DNA from: Azolla caroliniana
Lineage: Eukaryota; Plantae; Polypodiophyta
NCBI GenBank assembly: GCA_043228905.1
Contig: JBHGNT010000013.1
Location: forward strand, 1,302,001 to 1,366,000
Direction of reading: 5' to 3'
DNA: 64,000 nt
Positions within the stretch are counted from its first letter, which is position 1, and every line of letters starts with the position of its first letter. Made by a program: the position numbers and the translations under genes. Under the pieces are notes generated by a model that worked only from the letters and a program-made list of their open reading frames with translations, was not told the origin of the DNA and made no database searches. Below are positions 35,161-47,891 of the stretch, piece by piece.

Positions 35161-38100
35161 TAAAACGACAAGTGTTACGAGTTGTTTTGGATTGAGGACC
35201 CGATTTGTCTGGATATTGACCATGGAAGTCTTCAAGAAGAGCACGAGCATTGGTCACATTCTCTATTGGTTCCCAAGTACACTCGGTGGGACTATATCCT
35301 AGCCAATCAACAAAATAGTAGAGCTTGTTGCGAACAATCTTGGAATCGAGGATGGTGGCAACCTCGTACTCAGGTCCATCTTCAAGCTCAATCGAGGGTG
35401 AAGGTTGTTTAATACGACCTGGGATGGTGCTGTCTTAATAGGGTTCGAGGAGAGAACAATGAAACACCAAATGTATCCGAAGTTATGGAGGTAGATCGAG
35501 ACGAAAAGCGACATCATTAATTTTTCCGATAATACGGAAAGGACCTAATTGCCGGTAATCCAACTTCTCGCATTGGCGAGTAGTCTTGATGTGTCATCGT
35601 AGTAGCCACACTCGATCACCAATGCCAAAACTGGATGGAAGCCGATGACGATCCACGTAAACCTTGTGTGTTTGTAGAGCTTGTTGTAGATGAGTAGATA
35701 AATCCACTTGTATCTTACGTAGCCGCTCTAAACGATCATCTGCACAAGGATTTTTAGGTAACTCTGGGGTTTCAAATACACACCACCGGGGGTGACAACC
35801 GGTGTAAGCATAAAATGGTGTCACCTTTGTCGATGAGTGGACAGAGTTATTATACGCAAATTCGGCAACATACTTCACCCAAGACAATTTCAGTAGTTTC
35901 TTCATTGGAGATTTCCTTAGTACATGGCAGGAAATGGGCCATCGTCGTATATTGATCTATTACTGTAAAGCTCACATCGAATCCCTTAGAGACCGGAAGA
36001 TCTGTGATGAAATCTAGGGCAATGGATTTCCATGGCTTGCTTGGAATTGGTAATGGTTCTAATAAACCATATGGAGAATGCCTTCACATTTTTGCTTTGC
36101 AACATGTATCACAAGCCCGAACAAAATCTTCGACAAATTGTCGCATATGGGGCCACTAGAACGATAGGTGTACTAAATCTAGTGTTTTAGTACTAGCAAA
36201 ATGCCTAACTGTATGTGTGTCATGACAGTTTTGGACTACTTGAAGGCGACAAGTACCATTAGGAACATACAAGAGTTTCTTAAACAATAGTAATCCATCA
36301 TGACATTCGAATTGTCGATAGTCCGTAACTGGTTGTTGCGATTGTGAACAAGATGCTCGACAGGGATCAATTTGTGCTAGAATGGCTTGAGTGAAAACAT
36401 ATGTTTTCAAGTCTTCACGTATGGTATCAATAACGTGGGAATCCAAGGGCATACCGAAGACCTGCGTTGTTTGCAGTCGGTCGGTCCCAAGATTACTTGC
36501 TTTTGGTTATCGAAAGCCGGCTCGCTGGGACGCATGAACATCGTGATAATGCATCCGCCTTCCCTTGTTGCTTCCCCAGACGATATGTAATTTTGAAGTC
36601 GAAATGAGCGAGGAATTGGGCCCACTGAGCTTGACGTCGATTTAACACACGAGCATTCTGAAAGTAGGCAAGGTTTATGTGATCACTAAATACGATGACT
36701 TGATGAGAAGACCCCTTTACAAAATGCCTCCATTGCATAAAAGAGTCCATTATTGCTAATAGCTCCTTCTCATGAATTTCATCTCCTCCTCATCTCCTGG
36801 TCGGATCCATACGAGGTTATACGCTCCTCGTAAGTCGATTTTTGTGAAGAACCTTGCAACATTGATCCATTCTAAAAGACTTGAAATAAGAGGAAGTGCA
36901 TACCTATTCCTGGTGGTGACTTTATTCAACCCACGGTAATCTTCGACGAGACGAAGTGATCCATCCTTTTTCTTGACGAAGAAAATGGGTGCGCCGGCTG
37001 GAGATTTTGAATGTCGAATGAAACCATTTGCCAAATTCTCCTCTATATAGGCTCGAAGGACTTCGAGCTCGGTTGGTGACAAATTGTAGATCGGTCCCCA
37101 TGGTGGCTCTTTTCCCAGTTGTAAATCGATGGGGCAATCATACGGTCGATGGTGAGGAAGCGTATTAGCTCGCACTTTATCGAACACATTGGCATAATGA
37201 CGATACTTCTCTAGAAGTTGAACGGTGGACTCCTCTTTATTGATACTAGAAGGGTTTACTGATATTGTGAAAAGAAACATTTCTTCCTTGCGTCCTTCCT
37301 CACGCAACTGATGTAGTGAGATGGTTGCAATCTTATGAGTAGATCCTCAGGTTTGTTGACACCGTATTTCTCTTGTTCTCCAATCTATGGCTAGGTTATG
37401 TAATTCGAACCATGGTAATCCCAAAACAATGGGATGTTCTGGGATACTAATTATATTAAATGATACTACACACGCTAAGTTATCTAGGACAATATTAATG
37501 GGTTCTGAGTCTTCTATAATATTCCTAGAAGCAATGGGATGACCATCAATGAGTACTATAGAGGTTGGACATGGGAGTTTCTTTAGGAATATCTGATGAG
37601 CTTGGGCAAAATTCCTATCCATGAAGCAAGAGTTGGCTGTGAAATCTAAGTGTGCTAAGACTTCTACTAGAGGAGTACTTTTAGTACTAACCATTACTTG
37701 AGCTAAGAACACATTGCTAACTTGCTTAGAGGAAATGGAACCACTAATGGGCTGCACAGATCTAGGGCTGTCCAACCAAACGGCTCCTATTTTGGTTGGA
37801 CTTAATAGTTTAACTCTTCTTCTAGTTGACTAAGGATTTCAAATTTGTTTGAAAGGCGCGGGCTATTACGACTATTAGACACACCTAGAGGAATAGACTC
37901 GGGTTTAGTACTATTAGTCCTAGCGGTTATTTGATTTACCTGCCGTTTTGGCCGATGGGGGCAGTTCACTGCAATATGCCCCGGTCCACCGCAATAAAGA
38001 CATAATCGATTGGCCCTGGGTCGTTGCTTTTCTTTTTCCGATAGTGGTCCGCGATGGTGTGTGGTGTCGATTTCCATTGGAGTCAAAGTATTTGTTGGAG

Positions 38101-38704
38101 ACGTATTGAATGACTCCCTTGGGAAAGGCTTTCCTACAATTGAAGCGTAGGTTGGCTCCGATCTTGTCCGTGGCATTTGGAACTGATGTTCCGAACATCG
38201 TTCGAATAGGTGATTATTGCATCGCACCGCACGACTGATTGCTTCTGTCAATGACTTTGGCTCCTCGGGGAAAGTTAAGAGTAAATCTTTAACATCATTA
38301 CGTAGGCCAAAACAAAATTGCTCCATTAGTGCCTGGTCGTCACAAGGAATATCGGTAACGAGATGACGGAAATTCCCAACATAAGTTGAGGCCGGCCGCT
38401 CACCTTGGTGCAATCTTCGGATTTTGGTGATTGATGTTCTAACACTATTGGTATCTCCAAAACAGTCTTTAAACTGGGTAATAAACTCTTCAAAATTATT
38501 TAACAAGGGAGAGCTTTTTTCTAGCTGGGGGGCGAACCATGCCAAAGTTGTGCCACTAAGTAGACTGCCTACTAGTCCCACTCGTGATGCATCGATGAGA
38601 TATCGAGAAGGATGCATTTGAATGACTAATCGTACTTGATTAAGGAATCCTCTAAACTGCGAGCACGTTCCATCGAATTTCATGGGAAGGCCGATCTTGG
38701 GTTG
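35161..38704 (-). pseudogene. D copy-a gag/PR/RT/RH/IN/chromodomain, decayed (gag N-part continues at 42576-42720)
   Basis: Gag KFDGTCSQFRGF, CCHC CLYCGGPGHIAVNC, RT SKSPAGAPIFFVKKKDGSLRL and KIDLRGAYN, integrase AEFAYNNS, chromodomain TWEP. Deletions near 36780 (RT to RH) and 35890 (integrase core). Confidence 0.9.
37770..37814 (-). promoter_or_regulatory. Predicted -1 frameshift signal of D (G UUA AAC plus 11-bp stem-loop)
   Basis: Heptamer at 37808-37814, 6-nt spacer, stem GTCCAACCAAA/TTTGGTTGGAC. The -1 frame is open into the protease. Also present at 52694-52738. Confidence 0.8.
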
Positions 38705-39150
38705 TGTTGAGAGATCAAGCTCAACTTAGTTTAGTTAGTTAGTCAACCATGCAACTTCGTAGTTACCTAGATAGAATCTAGTTCGAAGTGTTGACTATAA
38801 TGCCTTAAATAGGACCTTGTACTTAAGTGGGATATTATAGATCCTCCACTCCTAAGTACATTTAATTTAGGACTTACACATTAGTACCTATATTCTACTC
38901 AAACACGTGCACCTTTGCACATGAGATGTATATATACCTCATTGTGGGTATTTTTGTATTTGATGATGATAATGCTGATTTAATATACTTACTCATCCCC
39001 CATCTTGTGTTATTCATAAGTGTATCTCTCTCTCTCTCTCTTCCTCTCACACACATACACACACATATCATTTAATCTTCCGCTTATTAACTTAATCACA
39101 AATTTAGCTACTAATTAACCCTTGCTTAATTACTTACCTAATTCTTAACA
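38705..39150 (+). repeat. 5' LTR of Copia-3
   Basis: TGTTGAGA...CTTAACA; repeat of 42128-42575. Confidence 0.94.
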
Positions 39151-39318
39151 TGGTATCAGAGTGTGTGGTTTAGAAAATCCACTAAGCCCACCTGACTCCG
39201 TGATTGTGTGTTCGAGACGCCGACGACAAAATCCGGCTATCGGCTACCGTAGTGCCGCTATGTAGCACGTGTATGTGATCGAAGGAAGAAAAGCAAAAGA
39301 AGAGAAGGCACAATCAAC

Positions 39319-41975
39319 ATGAACACACAAATGGCTAGTGAAAAGCTAGACCAGAGCAATTATTCATCTTGGGAGTACAAGATGACCCAATACCTTGTCG
39401 GCCAAGGGTATTGCAGCTACATCAACGACGCACAAGAAAATCAACCCGACTCAAAGAATGCCGACTACGCAACATGGGAGCAAGCGGTGAGTCGAGTCAT
39501 GTATTGCTTCGAAACATGTGTCCACGACGACATGCTTAGCCACATATGAGACGCCAAGACGCCTGAAGAAGCGTGGGCAAATTTAAAGAAAATTTTCGCC
39601 GCCAACACGACTGCCCGAAAGCTTCAACTCCGACAAGAGTTGAACAACATCTGGCAAAAAGACATGTCCGTGTCGAACTACACCACCAAGATCAAGAGCA
39701 TTTGCGACGCACTTGGCTCCATCAAAATAAACGTCGATGAAGACGAGATGGTTCAAGTATGCTTGGGCGGCCTCGCATAACGATTCGATCCATTACGAAC
39801 GACAATTTTGGCGAGAGAAAACCCTCCTTCATTCTTCGACCTCCAATCAATGCTATTGGTCGAATAGAACCACATCCGAACCAAAAGCAAGACGTCGGAC
39901 GGTGGACGAGGAGGAGGTCACGGTAGTAGAAGAGGTCAATTCGACCCATCACACGAAGGGAACTCTAAACTTCACGGAAGCCATCAAGGAACCTTCAGAA
40001 AAAGGGGGAGCTTCCACACCGAACATGGTCGGCAAATGAGGCCCGCAACTTGCAACTATTGTGGAAAAATCGGCCACCGCGAGGAGGAATGCCGAAAAAG
40101 AAGAAGTGAGTCGGCTTCCACAAGTCGACAACACACGAATTATGTCGTCAACTCCGAATACGATGATTACAGCGAACTATTCGTAATGAGGCATAGAGCG
40201 AACTCTATGACGGCTTCCGACTTCACAAGCACCTCCAATTCGGAAGACGTGTGGTTCGTCGATTCCGGCGCCTTACATCACATGACATCTCACAAAGAGT
40301 GGTTTCGTGATTTACGCTTCATAGAGACAGGAGACGACACCACGCATCCCATTCGGCACATTGGAAATGTCCCAGTCGGGAAAGAAGACGAGCAAACTTG
40401 CATCAAGAATGTCTTGCACGTGCCCACAATAACAAAGAATTTGGTCTCGGTCGGCCAAATCGTGGAGCAAGGCATGCAAGTCTGCTTCAACAACGAAGGT
40501 TGTTTCATTGAGAAAGATGGCCGACTCATATTTAAGGGGCGGAGAGACGGCCGAATGTTCATCCTTGATTTGAATGAGGTGAAATCGGCAATGTACGCCA
40601 AAGGTCTCAAAACCGAGACAAGCATCGAGTTGTGGCACAAGAGAATCGGCCACATAAACCTCCAACGGCTACGAGCGATGCAAACCAAGGGAGTCGTCAT
40701 CGGACTTCCGACATTCGAGTTGAAACAAGTCGACCGAGTATGCGAAGTGTGTCAACTCGGCAAACAACATTGACTCCCATTCCCGAAGGAGAGCTCCGCA
40801 AGCAAAGGCATCCTCGATGTCGTACACTCAAATGAATGGGGACCGGCTCAAACGCTGATACTATGTAACCTTCATCGACAACTACTCGCGCTACGCGTGG
40901 ATCTACTTGATGAAGAAGAAGAGCAAAGTGTTCTCCCACTTCCAAAAGCTCAAGGGGCAAGTCGAAAAAGAAATCGGTCGGCACATTCGATGCCTACGAT
41001 CGGATGGAGGAAAGGAGCACTTCTCCGACGAATTCACCTCCTACCTCCAAAGTGAAGGCATTCGGAGAGAATTCTCGTGCCAACACACACCTCAACAAAA
41101 TGGAGTAGCCGAAAGGAAGAATCAGCAAATACTTGAGGTAGCACGTGCCATGATGCATGAGAAGCACATGCCGAATTTCTATTGGGCCGAAGCGGCATAC
41201 ACGGCTGTCTATCTCATGAATCGATGCACCACTAATGGAGTGCATGAGCTAACTCCATACGGCCTCCTCCTTAGAAGGAAGCCAATCCTATCACACCTCA
41301 AGGTGTTCGGAAGCATTGCGAATGCACGCATCCCAAACGAACAACAACAGATGCCCGACGCAAAGTCGGAGGAATGTATCCTCATAGGATACTTGTCCGA
41401 GAAGAAAGCATACAAGTGCTACAATCCTTCTACCCGAGCGGTTCGGGTAAGTCGAGAAGTAGTCTTCGACGAGTCCACATCCTGGTATGCACCAGAGACA
41501 ACTTCGACTCCGACTACGCTCGACCCGGAATCCGCCGAACAAGAGGTAGAAGATGGAGATCACTTCTAACACATGTTCGAAGAAAGTCCGATTACGGCAA
41601 AGCCTAGTGGGCAACAAGAGCCCCCACACGACCCAAGCACGTCGCGGTCAAGTATGAACTTGGAGAAAGGCAAAGGTAAGATGCCCAAATACGAAGTCGA
41701 CCACCCCGACAACATTGATTCGGATGGATCGGCTCCCTCACTGGACAGTGAGTTTGGTGTACCCATCATGCGTACACGTGGAGTAAAGAAGGCGCTCACA
41801 TCGGCAAGCGAAAAACTTCGACGCTCATCTAGAGCTAAGAACCCCGTCACTCGGCACGGCTACAACGAGTACATGGCCCATCACTATGCCTTCGCAATGA
41901 AGGTAGCAGCCGAACAAGAACCCAAAAGCTCCACCAAAGCAGTTCATAACCCACAATGGGTGGAAGTAGTCAACC
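39319..41975 (+). pseudogene. Copia-3 gag-PR-IN, decayed
   Basis: KLDQSNYSSWEYKM, CNYCGKIGHREEEC, WFVDSGA, LWHKRIGH, RSDGGKE, PQQNGVAERKN. Ends at the RT start (EP...PQWVE). Confidence 0.92.
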
Positions 41976-42127
41976 TTCGCCCACACACTACAAGCCTTCG
42001 TCACCGGCTTGAGGGGGAGGAACCGAGATTGCCATGGCGAAGAAAGCCGAAGGCCGGATAGAAGCACACGAAGCTGACCAAAGCCAAAGCGGATGTCGGA
42101 CGCCTCACACTTGAGCTTGAGGGGGTG

Positions 42128-42575
42128 TGTTGAGAGATCAAGCTCAACTTAGTTTAGTTAGTTAGACAACCATCTAACTTCGTAGTTACCTAGATAGAAT
42201 ATAGTTAGAAATGTTGACTATAACGTCTTAAATAGGACCTTGTACTTAAGTGGGATATTCTAGATCCTCCAGTCCTAAGTACATTTAATATAGGACTTAC
42301 ACATTAGTACCTATATTCTACTCACACGTGTGCAACTTTACACATAAGATGTATATATACCTCATTGTGGGTATTTTTGTATTTGATGATGATAATGCTA
42401 ATTTAATATACTTACTCATCCCCCATCTTGTGTTATTCATAAGTGTATCTCTCTCTCTCTCTCTCTTCCTCTCACACACATTCACACACATATCATTTAA
42501 TCTTTCGCTTATTAACTTAATCACAAAATTAGGTACTAATTAACCCTTGCTTAATTGCGTACCTAATTCTTAACA
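42128..42575 (+). repeat. 3' LTR of Copia-3
   Basis: Repeat of 38705-39150. Confidence 0.94.
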
Positions 42576-42720
42576 GGTTCTTTATGAATCCCTTGCGTAT
42601 TGGGTCCTTGTTGTTGCATTGCTACTAAGGTTGCTTCGAGTTGTTGCACGCGTACCACTAGTTCCCCATGTTGTTGCATTAGCTGCTTTTCTAAGGAGAT
42701 TTGTTGAAGATCCCCCAACA

Positions 42721-44592
42721 ACCGTTGAAGCTTGCGGCTGGTTTCTCTTTCCACTCTCGCGTGGAGCTCCTTGAAGACGGATAACACTTGATCCTTCGTC
42801 TTCAGTGGTGAGGCCCACAACTTCTGGTTGTGGTCATCTATGAATGCCACGAAGTACTGTGATCGGGCATGTGACTTCGTGTCCACTTGACACACATCGG
42901 TATGGACCAGCTCTAGTGGTGCATTCCGTCTCATCAGTGTTCTTGACTGGACGGAGGTCCGGTTTTGCTTGCCGGCCAAGCACTCAGTACACTTTTCAAG
43001 TTGCACGTCCTTCACCGGAATGAGATTGTCTTCGGCAAGTCTCTTCATCCCCTTCTGGCTCATATGACACAGTCTCTTGTGCCACAACTCACCGACAATG
43101 TTGGATGCTACATTCACATCTTCCTAGCATATCCGGGCATTCATCAAGTATAGTGTGGTGACCTTCTAGGCTCGAGCCACTATTAGGCTCCCTTTGCTTA
43201 ACTTCATAACTCCATTCCCGATGCTACTCGTGTAGCCTTCATCATCTAACCGACCAACTGATATCACGTTTAGGCGAACTTCCGGAACGTGTCGAACATC
43301 CTTCAGCAGCAACTTGCATCCAGTTGATGTCGTCAACAACACATCTCCTATGCCGACAATTCCGCATGTACCTTCATTCCCCATCCGTACACAACCATGA
43401 TCTCTGATTGTGTAGGATGAGAAGCATCTCCGGTCCGGTGTCAGGTGGAACGACACTTCGGAATCGACAACCCACGTTGTCTCGTCACCGACAAGATTTA
43501 ACTCATTCTCCTCGGTATTGAGCATCAGTTCTTCTTCACTTGTCGCGATTGCCGACATTCTTTTCCGATCCGGGCATCTCCAGTCCGAACTCTTCTTCGA
43601 ATTGGTAATGCTGACAATTCTTCTGGAAATGCCCCGGCTTCCCAACAGTAGAAGCAAGTAGGCCTCCCCCTTGACTTCGACCTCGTTCCCGATTTGTCAT
43701 GGTTGGGGACTCCGATTCCGGCCTCTTCCCCGGTTGTGGTCATCTTCGGTAACCAAAGCCTTCGGATCGGTTCCGGACTTCCGATCCTTTGGGCGAGCTT
43801 CTTCATCTAGCAAGCTTGATTTTACCTTTGTTACGGACAATTGTTTCCCTTCTGGCCCGACGTTGCCCTACGTGACAACTAGCGTCTCCTAGCTGTCCTG
43901 GAGGGAACTGAGCAGGAGTTATGTGAGTACCTCATCAGCGAGAGGTAGTTCCAACGAGTTTGCTTGGTTTATTAGCCCCTGAAGGACATTCACGTGTTCT
44001 GCCATACTTGAACCGTCCTAGTACCAGAGCCTTACTAGCTTCTAGAATAACGAAACCCGATTAACAACATTCTTGTTCTGGAACATGATGTCAATCTTCT
44101 CCCAGAGTTCATGAGCTTTGCTCTCTTCATTGAAGTTGTTATACAGACTCATGTCGATGAAGCACCGGATGTACGCCGTCATCTTCATGTGCATCACCTC
44201 CCATGTCTTGACACTATCACTAGGGGAACCAAGGGACTCCAACTATCACTATATGAGAGAAAATACAAAGTGGGGGCACAAAGGCAACGACCTCATGCTC
44301 GCGATCTTCCTCAGACGGTGGTTACAACAGAAAGTGCTTGTAGCTACTCACTCATTCTCTCTCACTCACTGTCTGTACAACAGTTATCTCAACAACACTA
44401 AAAAGTGATTGCCCTAAGTCATATTTATACTTATATGAATTTAGGTCTATTTACAAATATAGCCTCAATAGGCTTACTCAAAACATATTTACAAATATGT
44501 CTTCACTTTCGGCTCCCCGGGTTCATCTGATCCGGTTTCCAGATCTCTTCATTCATAACCGGATCCCATCCAAAGGGACCGATTTCCCAACA
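42721..44592 (-). mobile_element. Tork/Tnt1-like Copia fragment (partial 5' LTR, gag, PR, IN N-terminus)
   Basis: LTR start TGTTGGGA at 44592. LTR fused to gag near 44225 (U5 and PBS deleted). WVVDSEVSFH, LWHKRLCHMSQKG, CTECLAGKQ, VHTDVC. Truncated at VERETSRKL. Confidence 0.88.
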
Positions 44593-44970
44593 CCATTCAT
44601 CTCTTGGTCAGATCCGTACAAGGTTATATGCTCCTCGTAAGTTGATCTTTGTGAAGAACCTTGCACCATTGACCCATTCTAAAAGACTTGAGATAAGGGG
44701 AAGTGCATACCTATTCCTGATTGTGACCTTATTCAAGCCACGGTACTCTACGACAAGGGGAAGCGATCCATCCATTTTCTTGACAAATAAAAAGGGTGCG
44801 CTGACTGGAGATTTCGAATATCGAATGAAAACATTTGCCAACTTCTCCTCGATATAGGCTCGAAGGACTTCTAGCTCGGTTAGTGACAAATTGTAGATCG
44901 GTCCACATGGTGGCTCTTTTCCCGATTGTAAATCGATGGCGTGATCATATGGTCGATGGTGAGGAAGCGT

Positions 44971-45665
44971 TGTCGTGAAGAAAACCGCCCACAAGAGGAA
45001 TCGGAGGAACAAGGCGTGGGAAACGGCTCTACACACACACGCGCGCCAAGAAGTACCTAAGGTCGAAGTAGGTACATACGAGGATCCTAGGTGGGTAGAT
45101 TCGGTTGGTATGCAGTTAATGCCAAACGGCCTCTTGACGGGCTATAAAAGGAGGAGGAAGACTAGAAGTGTGGTATCTCGCGCGGAGAGGACGAAGTGCT
45201 GCCGAACCGATTTCGGAGCTTCTCTCTCACTCCTGCCTTCTCTGTCTTCTGCTCCATCGCGTACCTGTGCAGGTTTCGAGGAGGCTTGCGCTGTTCCGTG
45301 GAACGCCCCGAGCGCGTCCTGCAGCACCTCCGACCTGTTTTCCCTTTCTGTGCGTCGCGACATACAGGGGTCGGCATCTGTTTGCCGCCCTGTTCGTTTT
45401 CGTTAGTATCTATTTCGTGCCCCACCGTGGGTTGTAATACTTTAGTCTGTTATTTTCTTGCATTCATAAGTACATATCTTTCGTTGTTGCGTCCATCTGC
45501 GTCGGCGTTTATTTGTGATCTCTGTTTGTTGGGCCGTGTCCCTATGCAATCTTCGGTTCTGTGTAATCGGGTCTCTCTCTCTTACTCCTCTCTCTCTTGC
45601 TCTTCGGTCCAAGACCCCCGTGGTCCCTCCTCCTTTCTGCACGCAAGGGCGTAGCAAACCCCACA
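44971..45665 (+). repeat. 5' LTR of C
   Basis: TGTCG...CCACA; TATAAAA near 45143. Confidence 0.96.
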
Positions 45666-45668
45666 TCT

Positions 45669-45686
45669 TGGTGAACCCGACGTGAA
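45669..45686 (+). promoter_or_regulatory. PBS, tRNA-Trp (C)
   Basis: TGGTGAACCCGACGTGAA, identical to the B PBS. Confidence 0.87.
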
Positions 45687-45708
45687 AGAGGCGGCAGAAG
45701 AGTAGGAA

Positions 45709-47835
45709 ATGAAGGGGGCGGATCTTGCAGAGGCCATGGCTTCGGCCGTGGATCGGATAGTAAGCGCGCGCGAGGGCACCGGCGCCCTCGATAGAGCTAT
45801 TGAGGCGGTCGTCGGAACGATCGGTCGATTCACCGGAAAAGATGCCACGAAGTACCTGGCGTCCTACGGTGCGGAAATGTTAATGCGGGACATTCCGGAG
45901 GACAGGCGTCTTGCCGGTTTTCCCTGAGTGGCGATGCCGAGCATCCACGCGGAGGTGCTCGAGGTGCGGGCGGAGAGCCGTACCTGGGAGGAGTTCGAAG
46001 GTCGGCTCCTGGAAAAATACGGACTGGACGACGCGCTCCGGCTTTCGAAGCGAAGCTTCATGGAGTGGGTGGAGTCTCCCGGGAAAGGAAGGAATGCGTC
46101 GGCACTCCTCCGGGAGTTCGAGGAGAACTTCGCGCGCCTTTCGGCGCTTGACAGGATGGTCCTGGATACAAGCCGGGTCCTGCTGTTCGTCAAATCGGTT
46201 GACGAGAGGGATCGGAGTCACGTGGGCGCCCTGCTAGAAACCGAAGACGGGCTGACAGCCGACTGGGCGGCGGTCAAGAGAGCCTGCGGCCGTTTCGACA
46301 AACGGCGAGAATGGGAGGATGACAGAGCAACCGGGTCGGGCTCAGTCGCGGCGAGGATACTCGAGCCGGCGCAGCCGGTGCGAAGGGAAGAGACTCGGGA
46401 GTGGCTGGAATCCGGTTCAGCTCCGACCGGCGTGATCAGAGGCACGACTGGAGGAGCTGCGTTGGAGGAACTGACGAGGGCGATAAAAGACCTCCAAATC
46501 GCACAAGCCCGCAGAGAAGGCGGAGGACCTGCTCGTGACCGACGGCCGGCGGCGGGGAACAGGTGCATGTGGTGCGACGGGGTCGGCCACATCCGAAAAG
46601 ACTGCGGCGATTTCGCAGAGGCGCTGAAGAACCGGGTGGTATACCTATGGGAAGGCCGGGTTCACGCCAACGACACGAGAAGGGCCCTAAACCGAAACGA
46701 CGGGCGAGGCGGAATGAAGAGGTTGATGGAAGAGGCGGCGGCCCGACATGCGGAAACCGTCCACTACTCGGCGTCGGCCGGTATTCGAGTCGGGGGCAAC
46801 GAGGCCCGAAGAGGAAGCAAAGCCGGATTCTGGCCGACGGTGCTGGAAGGCCTTGCCGATACGAGGATGAAGAGGGAGGAATCGGACCGTGCGGAGAAAC
46901 GGGTACGGGAGATGACCGGGTGGAGCGACCCGGTCGAGGAAAAGACGGGCTTCGTGGAAGCCGCTTGCCGGAACTACGAGGCTCTGGTAGAAGAGAAGCG
47001 GGTGGGGAAACCCGGGACGACCGGGCCCTCACAACGATACGAGACCCGGTCCGGGCCACGACGGGACGAAGCCGGCGGGGCCGGTACGCAAGATAAACCC
47101 CAGAAGGGCGGGTACCGTCTGGGGACGGAGATAGAAAGAACCACGGACTTACGAAAGGTCCTGGAGGAACGGATCCTCGACAGCAAGGTGGAGCTGTCGC
47201 TACGGGAGGTGCTGGGAATCGCCAAGAAGGAGTTCCACGACTCCATCGTGGACTTGGTGAAACGGAAGAGGCTGTCAACGGAGACAGAACCGGAAAGACC
47301 GGTGGAAGTACGGACGACGCACCTAGACGACATGGCACTGGGAGACGAGTGGGCGGAAAGCCACTATTCGAGACCGCACTGGGCCCGAGCGACCACGGAA
47401 ACCCCGGTGAAGATCGGCGATGTCCAGGAACCGGTGATAGCTTTGGTAGACCACGGATCGGAGATCAATTTGATGTCCATGGACTTCTATAAGAAGGGCA
47501 AATGGCCGATCAACACCAAGCACGGGTGGAAAATAAGGGCAGCAACGCGCGCCACCGAGGAACTGCACGGGGCCTGTCCGAATGTGCGAGTCAAGATCGG
47601 CGACGTCGAGATTGACCAGCACTTCTTCGTGCAGGAGACGTCCTCGCATCCGGTCATACTGGGAGAGCCGTACATCACGGCGGCACGAATGGAGACCAAG
47701 GTGCTGGACAATGGTTCGGCCTATGCGCGGGTCAAGAGCCAGGACGGGCGCCATTCGGTCCAGTTTTTGACGGTTAGGCCGAACCACGAGCGTAACCGCG
47801 ACTCCCTCGGTTCCGATAACCGAGAGGATTTTTAG
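45709..47835 (+). pseudogene. C Gag-protease with one premature TGA at 45925-45927
   Basis: ORFs 45709-45927 and 45928-47835 are in the same frame; B has Arg at that position. CCHC CMWCDGVGHIRKDC, protease LVDHGSEINL. Confidence 0.88.
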
Positions 47836-47891
47836 AGAGGGCTGCCAAGGCGTGGGGCCGCGACAGTCCGGACACCCCGGGAAAACCCCAC
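47826..47891 (+). promoter_or_regulatory. Predicted -1 frameshift signal of C
   Basis: G GAT TTT TAG, stem GGGCTG/CAGTCC, and GTGGGG/CCCCAC as in B. Confidence 0.75.

Larger units (their letters stand above)
38705..42575 (+). mobile_element. Copia-3, lacking RT/RH, inserted in D gag
   Basis: LTRs 38705-39150 and 42128-42575. TSD GGTTG/GGTTC. PBS TGGTATCAGAG at 39151-39161. PPT at ~42119-42127. Confidence 0.93.

Noticed and set aside
42563-43117. 184-aa integrase/coiled-coil fusion protein
   Set aside because: Chance in-frame junction of the Tork integrase and D gag at a rearrangement breakpoint; no sign of selection.
45925-45927. Programmed stop read-through in C gag
   Set aside because: B has Arg here, the context TGA-GTG is not a known read-through motif, and CGA-to-TGA deamination is simpler.
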